In this document: positions 11,735 through 25,849 of the stretch, piece by piece
Layout of the letters: every line of letters begins with the position of its first letter
Numbering within the stretch: the first letter of the stretch is position 1
Source: Octopus vulgaris
Taxonomy: Eukaryota
Direction: 5' to 3'
Length of the DNA stretch: 64,000 bases
Assembly (NCBI GenBank): GCA_951406725.2
Contig: OX597820.1
Span: 39,866,001-39,930,000 of the forward strand
Made by a program: the position numbers and the translations under genes
Notes under the pieces: generated by a model
Databases searched by the model: none
Told to the model about the DNA's origin: nothing
Seen by the model: the letters and a program-made list of their open reading frames with translations, nothing else

Positions 11735-13570
11735 AGTATGTGACACTTGCAACTGCCCCACCGAACTCATTTCCAGGTATCTTGACCGTGTCCTTTCCCC
11801 CTAGTGGCTTCACTCCCCTCTCACATCCATGACACCAACAACGAACTTCGTTTGTTCAACTCTTTCTCTTTCCCTCCTGGCCCCTCTAAACTTCTCTTCA
11901 CTCTCAGCATCCAGAGCATTTATACAGGGATCCCTCACCACGAGGGGCTGCGTCCACTCCAGCATTTCCTAGATCTTCGACCCAACCCCCAAGCCGACAT
12001 ATCCACACTCGTTCGTCTGGTCGAACTTGTCCTCTCACTCAACTGCTTCTCGGGAGTGGCCATGGGAACGATAATGAGCCCCAACTATGCGAACCTGTTC
12101 GTTGGCCACTTTGAGGCCCAAATATTCTCAAGGATCATTGGTCCCACTCCCGAACTATACGGCTGTTATATTGACGACTGTATCGGTGCGACCTCACTCT
12201 CCTGCGAACATCTAGACTCTTTCCTCTCTTTTGTCAGATCTTTCCATCCCGCCCTCTACTTCTCCTGCACTATCTCTGACACTTCTGTCTCCTTTCTTGA
12301 CATTTCGGTCAGCATTCATCGCTTCATTCTCACCACCTCTATCAACTACAAACACACAGATTCACACTCATACCTCAAATTCTCCACCTCCCTCCCTAAA
12401 CACACCAAGCTTTCCCGTCTCCCGTTTCCCCTCACCTACCACCCCACTACCCTACCTCTCCAACGAACCATTCTCCGAGCTTTCCGGCGACTTCAGTCCG
12501 ACCTCTTCACTTCGCACATCTTCTCTAGCCGACCCTTCCCCTCCTCCAAACGAGTCCACAACCTACGAGACCTCTTGGTCCACAGCTACTTCCCTAACCC
12601 AACCTACCAACACGGCTCGTTCCTCTGCTCCCGCCCACGCTGACGCACTTGCCTGTCTGTGTGCGGATTGTCCCTGCACAGAGGCCATCCGTTTGCGCCG
12701 TGAACAGTGATTAATCTCTCTTCGCTCTTTGCGCCACATGGGCTCAACTTTCCTCCCCTCTCCTCTCTCCCCTCACACCTACTTCCTCCAACCCACCTCT
12801 CCTTTCTTGCTCCGACTCCAACTGCTCTTCACTCCTACTCTCCTCTCTTCTCTGCACTCCCACCCACTTTCTCCCTTCTCCCTTCATCGTCACCCTTCTC
12901 TCGTAACCCTATCCCACCCATACACAATCCAACCCTACCTTCCCTATCCATCCCATCCCAACCCAACAGATCCATTATACCCACTCTTACATACCCCACC
13001 TCTACCACCACCCTCAGCCTACCCACATACACTACTTCTACCCCCACCCTCACCTACTCCACCCCCACTCTTGGTTTCCTCACTCTTGCCACCCCAACAC
13101 CATCATACCACAGCACACACCGCTACACCATACACCACCATACTACACAACACCACATCACATCACATCACGCCACCACGCACACACTAGCACTGACCAC
13201 TCTCCAGCCCCACATCCACACACCTACACATACACAAACGCAAACGTCAAGGTCACTGGCCCTCTTCCACACGCACATACATACTCTCTTATACACACGC
13301 AGGTGCACATTTTTGGGATCACCACTACTTTATTATCTCCCCTTCCGCTAGCTCTCCTGTGTGACCCCTCTAACCGGCATTCGCCATGATAGATCGCTAG
13401 CCACTACACATTCTTTATTTTCTCTCCTTGTTTTTTTCTGTGTTCCTTTCTGTGGAAGAGCGTAGGCTCCAAACGTTAAAGACTTTTTCACTCCCCGAGC
13501 GTTTAGCTAATACATCTGTTTCTTGTCTACACCACCTGTCTTCGTCTTTTGATTTTTTTGTGAATTCTCC
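11735..13570 (+). pseudogene. Penelope-like (Neptune-type) RT pseudogene with internal deletions, C-rich tract and pLTR end
   Basis: CNCPTELISRYLD..., SIYTGIPHHEGL, GVAMGTIMSPNYANLFVG, CYIDDCIG, SFLDISV, YKHTDSHSYL, LTYHP, KRVHNLRDLLV, CSRPR*RTC; HHR-like motif at 13445-13485. Confidence 0.88.
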
Positions 13571-13634
13571 CTATATATATTTATGTATGTATGTGTGTGT
13601 GTGTATGTGTATATATATAACCTATATATATGTA

Positions 13635-13738
<104 letters not shown>

Positions 13739-13740
13739 AA

Positions 13741-13925
13741 ATGAGCTGGTAGAATCGTTTAGTACACCGGGCGATAGGATTAACGTTCAAATTCCGCCGA
13801 GGTCAGCTTTGTCTTTCATCCTTTTGGGGTCGATATAGTAAATAACAGTGAACCGCTGGGGTCAATTTAATTGACTAGTTTCCTCCCTACAAATTTCAGA
13901 CCTTGTGTCTTTAGTAGAAGGATTA
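13741..13925 (+). mobile_element. SINE family A
   Basis: GAGCTGGTAGAATCGTT...GTTCAAATTCCGCCGAGGTC...TTTCATCCTTTTGGGGTCGAT. Confidence 0.75.
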
Positions 13926-15269
13926 CACACACACACACACACACACACACGAATGGTATCTGCACAGTATACCTATCTGTCTACAAGGCCTCGCCTCAGA
14001 TACCAGACAATTATTCATGGTGCCGTACTGCGGGGCTGAAATCGAAAGAATCTGGTTGGATTTCTCTGAACAATGAAGTATCTGACTCAAAAAGAGCGCC
14101 TCTACCTGGTCTTATGATGTGCAAGTAAATTACACCCTAGCATCTAACGGTTGAACCATTTGGACAATTTATCTCTTGGATATACAAAAAAGATGATAAT
14201 CGCACTTGAGACTTCCTTGACCATACATCTGCACGATTAGGTTACACTAGATGCTAAACAATAATAAAATCTGACACATATAAAACCATAAATTTGCTAA
14301 GTCCAGACTAAGATTGTCTGTCTAGCGATGTTAAATTCTATGAATGGCTGAATCATACTCTCACCAATTCATATCCTATGAACATAAATCTATGGTGTTT
14401 ATACTCACGATATGTTTCACGCAAGATATATTTAATGATTTATTTTTATATAGTGTTACTTACATATGGCATAAAATTACGCACGCTCGTTAGAAATAAC
14501 ATCCAAATTTACTGAAGAACACTGCACCTTCGTTAGTAGTTTTGATACAAAAGCTACGAAATAAAAGACATGTTTATGGTTGCAAAGGTAGAACAGTGAG
14601 ATTGGGGATGATTAGGTACCTAAGAGCAAAAAAAAAATGTATTTCGTTAGAATGAAGCGTCATATTTAATTAGAACTACAAGTTTAGGGAATGTGTCCAG
14701 ATTCTGATATAGAAATATCCTGTTCACACTGCATCACTCATATCTTGATGTAAATACTTGTATAATATCAATATATAACCAACGACAGAAAAAAAATGCA
14801 ATATGTGCCCGTCTAGACTATGATATTATTCCATTCATAATTATGATAAAAGATCAATGCTATAAAGGGACAACACATGCAAAGTTGTCGGACAATAAAT
14901 ACCGTGAAAGAAAACAAATGATTTCAACCAGAAGTAGACAATGTGTCCTGTCGTAATTTGTGTATATGAGGGCTTTCTCATATATATATAAATTAAGAAC
15001 TACCCATTTCTCATATGGAGATTTTGATTTCTGTGAATTCACCGTATACTTTACAATATACGAATTTGTTCATATTACATATTTTTATATTGTTATTAAC
15101 CAATAATAATTTCGGCATCTCCATTATTTTGTGAAGGATAAAATACTTTCAGAGCCACATAATGGACATAAACGAGAAGAACATAGTTCTATACATTTCT
15201 TTGTCTAACACAATCTCATTCACAATTTCTATTTCTTTCTTCTATATTTCCTTTTCGAGTATATATATG

Positions 15270-15303
<34 letters not shown>

Positions 15304-16396
15304 TGTTTTACCAGTCAGAAAACCTGATTTTTCACGTCTTTCATTCTCTCACTGCTCATCCCTGGATTTCTAATTATCTCCCACTATCTCTCTATCTCTC
15401 TGTCTCTCGTACTGGTACTCTACACTTTCGCTCATGCATTTATAATTTGATAATTATAAATGCAAACATGTATGTACATACACATCTGTGTATGCGTACG
15501 TATAGATATTATACTCTACAAGAAGTATTGGAATGCTCTCCTTCACTTTAGTTGAAGACCCCGGAATGTAAGTGTACATTTGTGTACGTGTGTGTAAAGA
15601 TATATATATATATATCTGTGAGTGTGTGTGTATGTATATAAATTTACATACCAATATCTATATTTATGTACATTAATATATATCAACGTATATACATGTA
15701 TGCGCATATATAAATATATATACATACAGGTATGCATATACACGCATATACAAACACATTTACATACAGAGAAACATATACACACAACACATACTCAAGG
15801 TGTGTATATATATATATATACTTACTTATACATGTACTCACTAAACTGTGTATCGGTACTTGTAACTGCAATGTAAAAATAAAATCTCTAATTTAATTAA
15901 ATGAATAATTGTTAAAAAAATAACCAAACAAAAAAAAAATCAACAAAAAAGTCAAATAAAAATTGTTGTTTTTCCACATTCCATATCTTCTGAGATTGAA
16001 ATTGGAAGCAGTAAAAAAAAAAATAACAACATATAATCAGCAGTAAATATATAGACACTCAGTGTATACCAAATACGATAACAATTTTAGAAATAATGTA
16101 TTGTAGAGGAAATAGAGGAGCGGGAAGAAAAATATTATCGATTCATTTTTAATCCTCTTGTTTTCTTGCAAAACATGACGATATTTTAATGAACCTTCCT
16201 ATAAAAGCCGAATCATAATAAGATACATATGTAGAAGATACAAAGCTACAGTCACAGATGTGGTGATGTGGCGACACGCACGTGCACACATATATGAATC
16301 ATAGTATAAATACATCAAATGTGCAAAGACATATACATATATTTATATATAAAAATATTTAGGTTTATATGTATCTGTTTGCGTCTGCCTAATTAC

Positions 16397-16471
<75 letters not shown>

Positions 16472-16929
16472 CATATATATATATATATACGTGCATACAT
16501 ATATTTGAATGTATATATATATATATATATGTATTTATATACAGATACATATATATGTGTGTGTGCGTGCGTATGCGTGCATGTGTGCACGCTCGTGCGT
16601 GTGTATATATGTGTGTATGTGTATATAGACGTCACTAAAGTGACCAGTCAGCTTGCCTCCTTTATCAGTCGTAATGATAACTGTTTTCTGTGGCTATCAG
16701 TTGTTTTCACTCTCATTTCTAGCAATAGTGGTGTTGACTAGAGCCCTTAGTCACGTTAGTGATTTCTATATTTCTAGCTTTCGGAATAAATTGCGAATAA
16801 GCCACCTATACTATAAAGAGTGCATAAAATATTTGAGGACAGATTTATGTTTATAAAATAATAGATATATAATAACAGATAATAAACTTTATTTATCAAA
16901 ACCTGCTATGAGGATAAAATAAACCTTCT

Positions 16930-18130
16930 TTTCTATAATGTTATTCAATAAAGCCAACTTTAGCTTCAACAACTGCTTCTGTATGGGATCTAAATCATCT
17001 ACATGCACGAATCAAGTGATCCTGGTTCATTTTGGACATTACTCTGACTATGGCAGCTTTCAAAGAATTTTTGGTGTCATGGGCGTGATCAATTGCCTTC
17101 CATTGCATACACTGTCTATCCAGGGCTTAACAATTATTTCCAGTACAGTTCTATATTTAAGGGATGAGGAACTATATATACATTATTTATATTATTTACA
17201 ATTGACGGATATTTGTCCTCATCTTGTTCGTTGTTAACACAACGCTTCGGCTGATATACCCACATATGCCCACTGGCATATGGCGTAGCGGTTAAGAGCG
17301 CGGGCTACTAACCCCAAGATTCCGAGTTCGATTCTAGGCAGTGACCTGACTAATAATAATAATAATAATAATAATAGTAATAGTAATAGTGATGATAATA
17401 ATAACAACACCAAAAGATACTTTAGGAATGAGAAACCAGGTTCGAAATTTCCCCAAGACACCTGATGAAAGTTAAATTTAAAGCCTTGTGGAAAGAAGTA
17501 AGATAGCATCACATGTTCTTCATTGCTGACAGTTGCAGGAAATTTTGTATGCATAACACTTGGATCTTTAGAAGGGTCTGCACATAATCATCTGTCATTT
17601 CTTATGTAAACTTTTTGATCTTGGTCGAAGTTTTTCTCGTTTAAGAAAAACCAAACCAAATATTCTGCCGGATTTTTCAGTTTGTCTAAGAGCCTCTTAG
17701 ATTTGATGTAGTGATATTCTTTTGCTTTTTCTAACAAATTGACCTTTCCACATCATATGAAACTTATATCTGATGCCTTCGTGGACAACATTTCAAAACT
17801 GTACCTTCTGAGTCATGGAGATCTTTTGCAATTGACCTCATGGACTTTCTGAGATTTTAATCAATTGTTGAACCCGATTCTTGACTCCTGTTTCGAAAAA
17901 ATTACTTCTGCATTGTTGGACCCATTTCTACACAATTTATTTCACTTTGCCTGTTTCATCAGTTAGTACACTCCGATAGTTGTCCTTCATTAGATGGAAC
18001 AGTTGGAAATCGTAGGGCAGCAAATCTGGACTGTATGTTTGATTATGTGGGTGATACTAATTTGCCGATAGCTCGATTTGTTGTTAAAGTCGTGTACCTC
18101 ACATTATTTAGTTATTTGTATTTAAACTTT
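16930..18130 (-). mobile_element. Degenerate maT/DD37D-like transposase relic, interrupted at 17147-17469
   Basis: Minus-strand NDR*LCADPS..VMHTKFPATV..EHVMLSYFFPQGFKFN, then the insert, then VLEIIVKPWIDSVCNGR...SLKAAIVRVMSKMNQDHLIRAC..EAVVEAKVGFIE*. Confidence 0.8.
17147..17469. mobile_element. Inserted tRNA-headed element with split HHR and inverted 3' segment
   Basis: A box TGGCGTAGCGG (17281), B box GAGTTCGATTCT (17324), (TAA)n, ends ACACCTGATGAA; minus strand of 17147-17261 reads GGGTATATCAGCCGAAGCGTTGTGT... Confidence 0.65.
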
Positions 18131-18390
18131 CTGCACATCAGACTGGATACGAAGTGCAGCATGTATGATCCGTTGTTGAGAATATATAAGCAAGTATGCT
18201 GGAAATCTTAGTGGGTATAATGGGTAGCTAGAAGAAAAGGAAACAAAAGTAAAGATTTCGAGGGTAAAAGAAAATCGTGCATGTTCTTGTAGACCTTATA
18301 GAAAATACACGATTCCCCCCCCTTTAGTTTCATTTATGATTGATTGATTGATATATAGTTCCATATAGCTATATATATATGCTCACCGCC

Positions 18391-18439
<49 letters not shown>

Positions 18440-18979
18440 GGATGTTGTTAATAGACAGCCTTATTATGACATTAACTGAACATAAAAATTATGGCCTGTC
18501 TGAAGATAGCTTTGCTTTCCTATTTGTACCTTGTTGATGAGATTTGCGTGTTTATTTTTGGTAAGTTATTTCTTTCTAGAGTGTCCCAGCTTAAGGCAGA
18601 TACAACTATCGTAAAATTATTCAGCTCGTTTAAAAAAAAATTCATTGGGTGATATTAGGTAACATGCTGACTCGTTACGAACAAACGGAGTATTATTAGC
18701 TCGCAGTAAAAGGCTCCTGTGAATTAAACGGTGGCAAATATACTGTTAAAGGTGCGTAACCACTTTGATAAGGAAATTACAGCAACCGATAGAGAAATCG
18801 GAATCAAATTTTAACAAAATAAGAAATATAATTTATGTATTCCGATAGATATTTTAACTATTCGAAGAAAATATCGAATAACTATTAATAAAAGAAAACC
18901 TACTCCCTTGAAACGGAGATAGGAATGATTTGGGTTGGAAACCGGAAGCAATAAATAATAACAATTATGATAATAATGC

Positions 18980-19390
18980 CTTCTACTATAGGCACAAGGT
19001 TTAAAACTTGGTGGCGGGGATAGTTGATAACATTGACCACATTATTTTACTGGTAGTTAATTTATCGACCACGAAAGGCAAAGTCGACCTCGGCGGAATT
19101 TGAAAACAGAACGTAAAGATCGACGAAATGCCGCAAAGCATTTTGCCCTACGTGCGAACGTTTCTGCCAGATCACATTTTAATAATAATAATAAACCTTT
19201 CTATTATAGGCACAAGGCATGAAATATGGGGGAGGGGGAGAGTCAATCACATCCACCTCAGTACTCAATTGGTACTTATTTTATCGATCCCGAAAGGATG
19301 AAAGGTAAAGTCGACCTCGGTGGAATTTGAACTCAGAACGGGCGAAATACTGCTAAGCATTTCGTCTAGCGGGCTAACGATTCTGCTAGC
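18980..19390 (-). mobile_element. Two tandem SINE family A copies (18980-19172, 19200-19390)
   Basis: AAAGTCGACCTCGG...GAATTTGAA in both, separated by (TAA)n. Confidence 0.8.
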
Positions 19391-19414
19391 AATAATAATA
19401 AAAATAATAATATT

Positions 19415-20340
19415 AGAAGTAGGAAGGTAAGGGTTGTGTAGGATGAAAGAGTGCAAAGATAAATCACAATACAAGAAATTGAAAACGATTGAAACTGAAA
19501 ATAGGTGGGTAGAGAAAATAATGCATGGTCAATTTCATAGAGATGTTGAAGATAAAACAGACAGAGAAAAAGATGGCTGCGGATGACTAAAAGTGATTTA
19601 AAACCGGAAACGGAGTCTTCTAATCTGTGCTGCCCAAGACCAAGCACTAAGAACAAACTACATTAAATGCAAAATAGACATCACAGCAGAAAGTGATAAG
19701 TGCAGAGTCTATGGACAAAACGGTGAAACTGTATGACATATTACCAGCCAATGTACGACACTATCCCAGAAGGAATATAAGAGACACCACTTCAATATAG
19801 CAAGGCTTGTCAATTGGACACTTTGCAAGAAGTATGGACTTGACAGAGCAAAAAATTGGTACGACCACAAACCTGAAGGCACTGTCGAAAATAGAAATGC
19901 AAAGATCCTATGGGATTTTATGATTTAGTGCGACCATGAGGTTGAGAATAGTAAGCCGGACATAGTCTTAATTGAGAAAGAAAACACTATGCTGGAGCAT
20001 AGACATAGCATACCCAGCTGACAACAAGGTATGCGATAAGGAAGAAAGAAAAGTCGGGAGATATGACAGGTTAGCTTGGGAAGTTAAGCAGTTGTGATCG
20101 ATGAAAAAGGCAGCAGTAGTACTAATAATTGTCGGAGCCCTGGGAACAGTGAGCAAAAATATCGAGAAGTACATGGAAAAAATAGGGTCTGCAATAAGGG
20201 TGGAGCACTTGCAGAAAACAGCACTGCTTGGAACCGCTGGAATACTCCAGAAGATGCTCGAAATATAAGAGGTGTTACCTTAGTTCACTGGTAGTGAACA
20301 GCTGACACTGTAGTTCATCAACAGCGTTAGAAGTTATGTA
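19415..20340 (+). pseudogene. Dong/R4-type RLE LINE, degenerate 3' fragment
   Basis: MHGQFHR, DLKPETE..ICAAQDQALRTN, CCHC-like region, KILWDF, KPDIV...IDIAYP, IIVGALG, LQKTALLGTA; (TAA/CAA)n flanks. Confidence 0.88.
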
Positions 20341-20369
20341 AAGGCAACAACAACAACAATAATAATAAT

Positions 20370-20542
20370 TGTTTCAAAATTTGCCACAAGGGCAGCAATT
20401 TTGGGGAGGGGGTGAGTCGATTACATCGACCTCAGTGTTCAACAGGTAGTCATTTTATCGAGTTGACCTCGGTTGAATTTGAACTCAGAACGTAACGACG
20501 GGCAAAATACAGCTCAGCATTTCATCCAGTGCGCTAACGATT

Positions 20543-20545
<3 letters not shown>
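20370..20545 (-). mobile_element. SINE family A
   Basis: GACCTCGG...GAATTTGAACTCAGAACG...GCTAACGATTC. Confidence 0.7.
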
Positions 20546-20610
<65 letters not shown>

Positions 20611-20724
20611 GATAATAATAATAATAATAATTGGTTTGTTTGGTGTCACAAATAAGAACGATGTACATAAACTTTCGCGACTTTTAACGTAATTAAAAGA
20701 ACTATATAAGATAAAGAACGCATT

Positions 20725-20778
<54 letters not shown>

Positions 20779-21587
20779 ACGCACGCACGCACGCACGCAC
20801 GCACACACAAAATCTTATATTTCAGTAACCAAAATCTTACACGACATTCTATACATAAATTACCATCAATTACAATAGAAGCTATTACAATAAAGAACAA
20901 CAAAAAATTGACATAATAAACCGCAAAATCTATATTAAAATTACGTGCGCACAAATACCTTCGAACCGTCTTTAGAAACACAGAGGCAATGATACACTAT
21001 TATGAAGCTACTTACAATACATAAAATGATAATACCTGGAGCAACTCGGGGAAATTCCCATGGGTTTCGGTAGACAATGTAAAGGCATGAAAGCAACTTA
21101 TTCAATTAATACTGTTCCTTCAAAAAATTTAATGCATTTTAAAACATTTGAGACACGTCAGTTAAACGAGCTCAATAACTGTTTTTTTTTAGTAATTGTT
21201 AGTAATAATGCCTCAAAATAAAATATATCTTGTTACATAACTAGTGAAACAACTTATTTAATTTTTTGAACAATCATTTCACCTATTATCGTAACTATGA
21301 TACATTATTGCATTGTCTTGTGAGGAAAATTATATTTTATGATCTAGATATCTCAATTAAATGAATTAACATTGTTCCTAAATTGAATCACTTTTGTAAG
21401 TAAAGAAATTTCTTCGTTTCGGAAAGAATTTCTGGCTCCAAACATTAGGTACCTATTCATACAATACGCAGATAATAAACGTCAATCTTGAAAAGATATA
21501 GGACGTGCTAGAATGGGAAGTATTAAAATTAGATCAAGCATAGATGTAAATCTAATTGCATAATTTTTGGGTCGTCAGCTATATTTA

Positions 21588-21830
21588 GGCTACTGGTTAG
21601 GATGTCGTGCTCATGATCACGAAGTCGTGGCTTCGATTCCCGGGTCGGGCGCTGCGTTGTGTCCTTGAGCAAAATATTTCCTATCACCCTGATCTGTGAT
21701 CACTTCGACATTTGATGTGTGGGACAATGTGCACATGGTGGACAGGCAATGCCAATTTGATGGAAGGAGCCAGTTAATGTACAACACTATAAAGAAATCA
21801 TCCATGCAAGCTGTTAAGCAGCAAATTTCA
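21588..21830 (+). mobile_element. tRNA-derived SINE, family D (CORE/V-like body)
   Basis: A-box-like ...CTGGTTAGG, B box GCTTCGATTCC, then GTTGTGTCCTTGAGCAA. Confidence 0.6.
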
Positions 21831-21890
21831 TATATATATATATATACATATATATATACATATATATATATATACACACATATATATATA

Positions 21891-22014
<124 letters not shown>

Positions 22015-22049
22015 GTATATATATATATACCTGTATATATATATAATCT

Positions 22050-23050
<1,001 letters not shown>

Positions 23051-23085
23051 GTGTGCTGTCAATTATGAAACACGACTGTCAATAC

Positions 23086-23127
23086 ATAAACCTGATGATT
23101 GCAAAACGCTTGAAAGTTCTAGTTTAT
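23086..23127 (+). ncRNA. Minimal hammerhead ribozyme motif with weak stems II and III
   Basis: AUAAAC - CUGAUGA - uuGCaaaacGCuu - GAAA - guuc - UA - GUUUAU (6-bp stem I). Confidence 0.55.
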
Positions 23128-23256
23128 TTCAATATTGTAAAATTGAAAACAAACTGAGTTGGAAGTTAAGTGATTAATATATTCTTCTATACACAATCAT
23201 ACAAACTCGGATATCTATCTATCTATATGTCTGTCTATCTGTCCGTCCGTCCGTCC

Positions 23257-23382
<126 letters not shown>

Positions 23383-25069
23383 ATACATATATCACTTTGC
23401 ATCAGCTGTCTGAAAATCGGAAAAATATTGTTGTGTATACATGTTTGAAATGTGATTCCATTTTTTTCCCGTTGTGAAAAGCTGTGAATCACACTGCATG
23501 CAGGGAGAAGGCTATTTTCTACCAAATTGGAGATATGCACACTTTCTATAGATACGAGTCCTCCACGCCGGATGGTGTCTTCACTTCATTTAAGGTTATT
23601 TCTTCCTGTTATTTTCTTAACTTTCTCCATGGTTTCCTTTAAATCCCACTCGTTTGGTTGAAAAACGCTCCCTATTCCCTTCGACCACCGTCTGAGACTT
23701 CCTAAGTGCATAGGTGGGACTGTTGTGTTTTCATTGCATAGCTTTTGCCGTTCTTCTTACTGTCGGTGACTCTCAATGTCTCTACGATTTGTAAGAGTGA
23801 GACAGACTTCACATGCAGACTGATCAGTTTCTGGCAGAGAACAGGGCAATTTTGTGACGACCCAATTGTTGTATCTGTGGCTACCTTAAAAATATCAAGT
23901 TCTCTAATTAGTTGCTGTTTTTCTCTTTAAAGCCTTGTAGCTTTATGTGTAGATATCACATATAATGAGTTTTACTGTTACATGAGTAGCAACTATGATT
24001 TCTGCCTAGGAGAGCGAGATTTCAAGTCTTTCTTTCGTTATGTTATAGAAGTTGCAATTCTGAAAGTGTTTTGTTGTTTTACTGGCTTACAGGAACGTGC
24101 ATAATCATAGTGACCTCACATGACAGAATAACAAGGAAAGTTATACCACGGTAAAACCAATAACATACACTGTGCTGCGTTGTCATCAGTGTGCCGCGTT
24201 GTTATGAATGTGCCCTGTTGTCATTACTGTATCGCGTTGTCATCACTGTGCCGCATAGTAATCATCGTGTCTGACATAGACACTTGTGTTGTTCTTTTTC
24301 GAATATATGGTGCGGTCTGTTTAGGGAAATCTGAACATGCGCTTTATTCTTGTGCTCCGTTGGTGCAATCCTCTTCCGTCTCCCTGAAAAGAAGATTTCA
24401 TCTAACGTATCTTCAAGGACTGAGTCTAAAAGTTCATTGGAAAGAGTAATAGGAAACAACCATACATTTTAGCGAAGCACAGCAAAGTTACACTAATTTC
24501 CAACTGCCGCTGGACTTGTGCATAGATCGTATTACGAATGTGACTATTTAGATAAAATAGTACCGCGCTTTAGATTTTTTCAGTAAAATGTTCCATAATT
24601 AGAGTTGTGTTAAGAACGATTTCGAACGATTGCGTTTTGTTCTTGTTCGCCTAGTTTCATGAATTGATTATATCTCTCTTATTCTAGCTGTTAAATGTGA
24701 TATATATATATATATATATATATATTAATAATTCTGCTTGTCATTCCGTTAGTTAGCCCGTCCGTAACGCTTCCACGTGTTTAGTTGAGGAGGTGGTGGG
24801 AATAATGGAACGGTTGGGGAAGATAATTGGGAGAGAGAGGAAAAGGAGGGCGAGGAGAGGAAGGGTGAGGGAGAGGTGGTGGTGAGTGAAATGTGTAATT
24901 TTTTAAACTGAGTTGTTTTCTTCCGTTACTTAGCCCGTCTATAACGCTTTCTCGTGAATAGTTGATGGGAAAGGCAAAGAGCGAAAGAAAAAGGAGAGAG
25001 AAAAGAGGACAAAGCGCAGAGGGAGAGTGTTTTGTTTTCTTTTGTTTGTGAACCTTTGTCGAACATTTC

Positions 25070-25680
25070 TAGGTGACCCTGTCTGTCACCCTGCCCCAGC
25101 TCTTGTCCACTTGGAGATCCAGATCGAACCAGACCGCAAGTAACTTAACAATCCTTACATCCTGCGCCCCATCACGCTGTCGGTTGGCATGGGCCTACCT
25201 CACCACGTGCCGAGCTGCAGGCCCACTGACTTCTTCTGGTTGATCACCGCTTCGTATTCCCTTAAAGTAGTGTTGAGCATCTCGATTTCTGAAATGTCCG
25301 ATACTATCAAGGTGACGTAGTCCGCATATGCTGACACAAACTTTCCGCATCGCAGTTCATGCGGAATGCCTCTCGAACCTTCAGCGTCAGCAGTAATGAC
25401 TCGAATGCCAGTACGTACGGAAGGGGTGAGATTGGGCATCCTTGACGGACCGAACGTGCGGTACTAAACGATTCCGTCAGGTGGCCATTTTCTTTGACCA
25501 CCGAACAGATGTCACTGTACTTTGCAGCGATCCAGCCTCTGAAAACAGGACCTAAACCAGCTACCTTGAGACTATTTGATCCCGGAGACTGTTATCGGCA
25601 TTTCGCAGAACTCCATGTACCGGTCGAAAGCCACGGCATACCATCGAGGTAGAGAGTGAAGTTCACCTCCGCCTCCGGGC
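25070..25680 (-). pseudogene. Tx1/L1-clade LINE reverse transcriptase fragment
   Basis: AFDR...VKENGHLTESF..RSVRQGCPISPLPYVLAFE and VSAYADYVT...INQKKSVGLQLGTW, with frameshifts. Confidence 0.75.
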
Positions 25681-25682
25681 CA

Positions 25683-25818
<136 letters not shown>

Positions 25819-25849
25819 TAATAATGATAATAATAATAATAATAATAAA

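Noticed and set aside
12707-13351. 214-aa Pro/Thr/Leu-rich ORF
   Set aside because: It is a low-complexity C-rich tract inside the PLE; stop codons are rare at this composition.
17275-17346. Functional tRNA gene
   Set aside because: A and B boxes are present but the anticodon and acceptor stems are imperfect, and it lies in an insertion; treated as a SINE-like head.
18761-18805. TTGATAAGG...CCGATA HHR-like motif
   Set aside because: GAAA and the stems are too degenerate to support.
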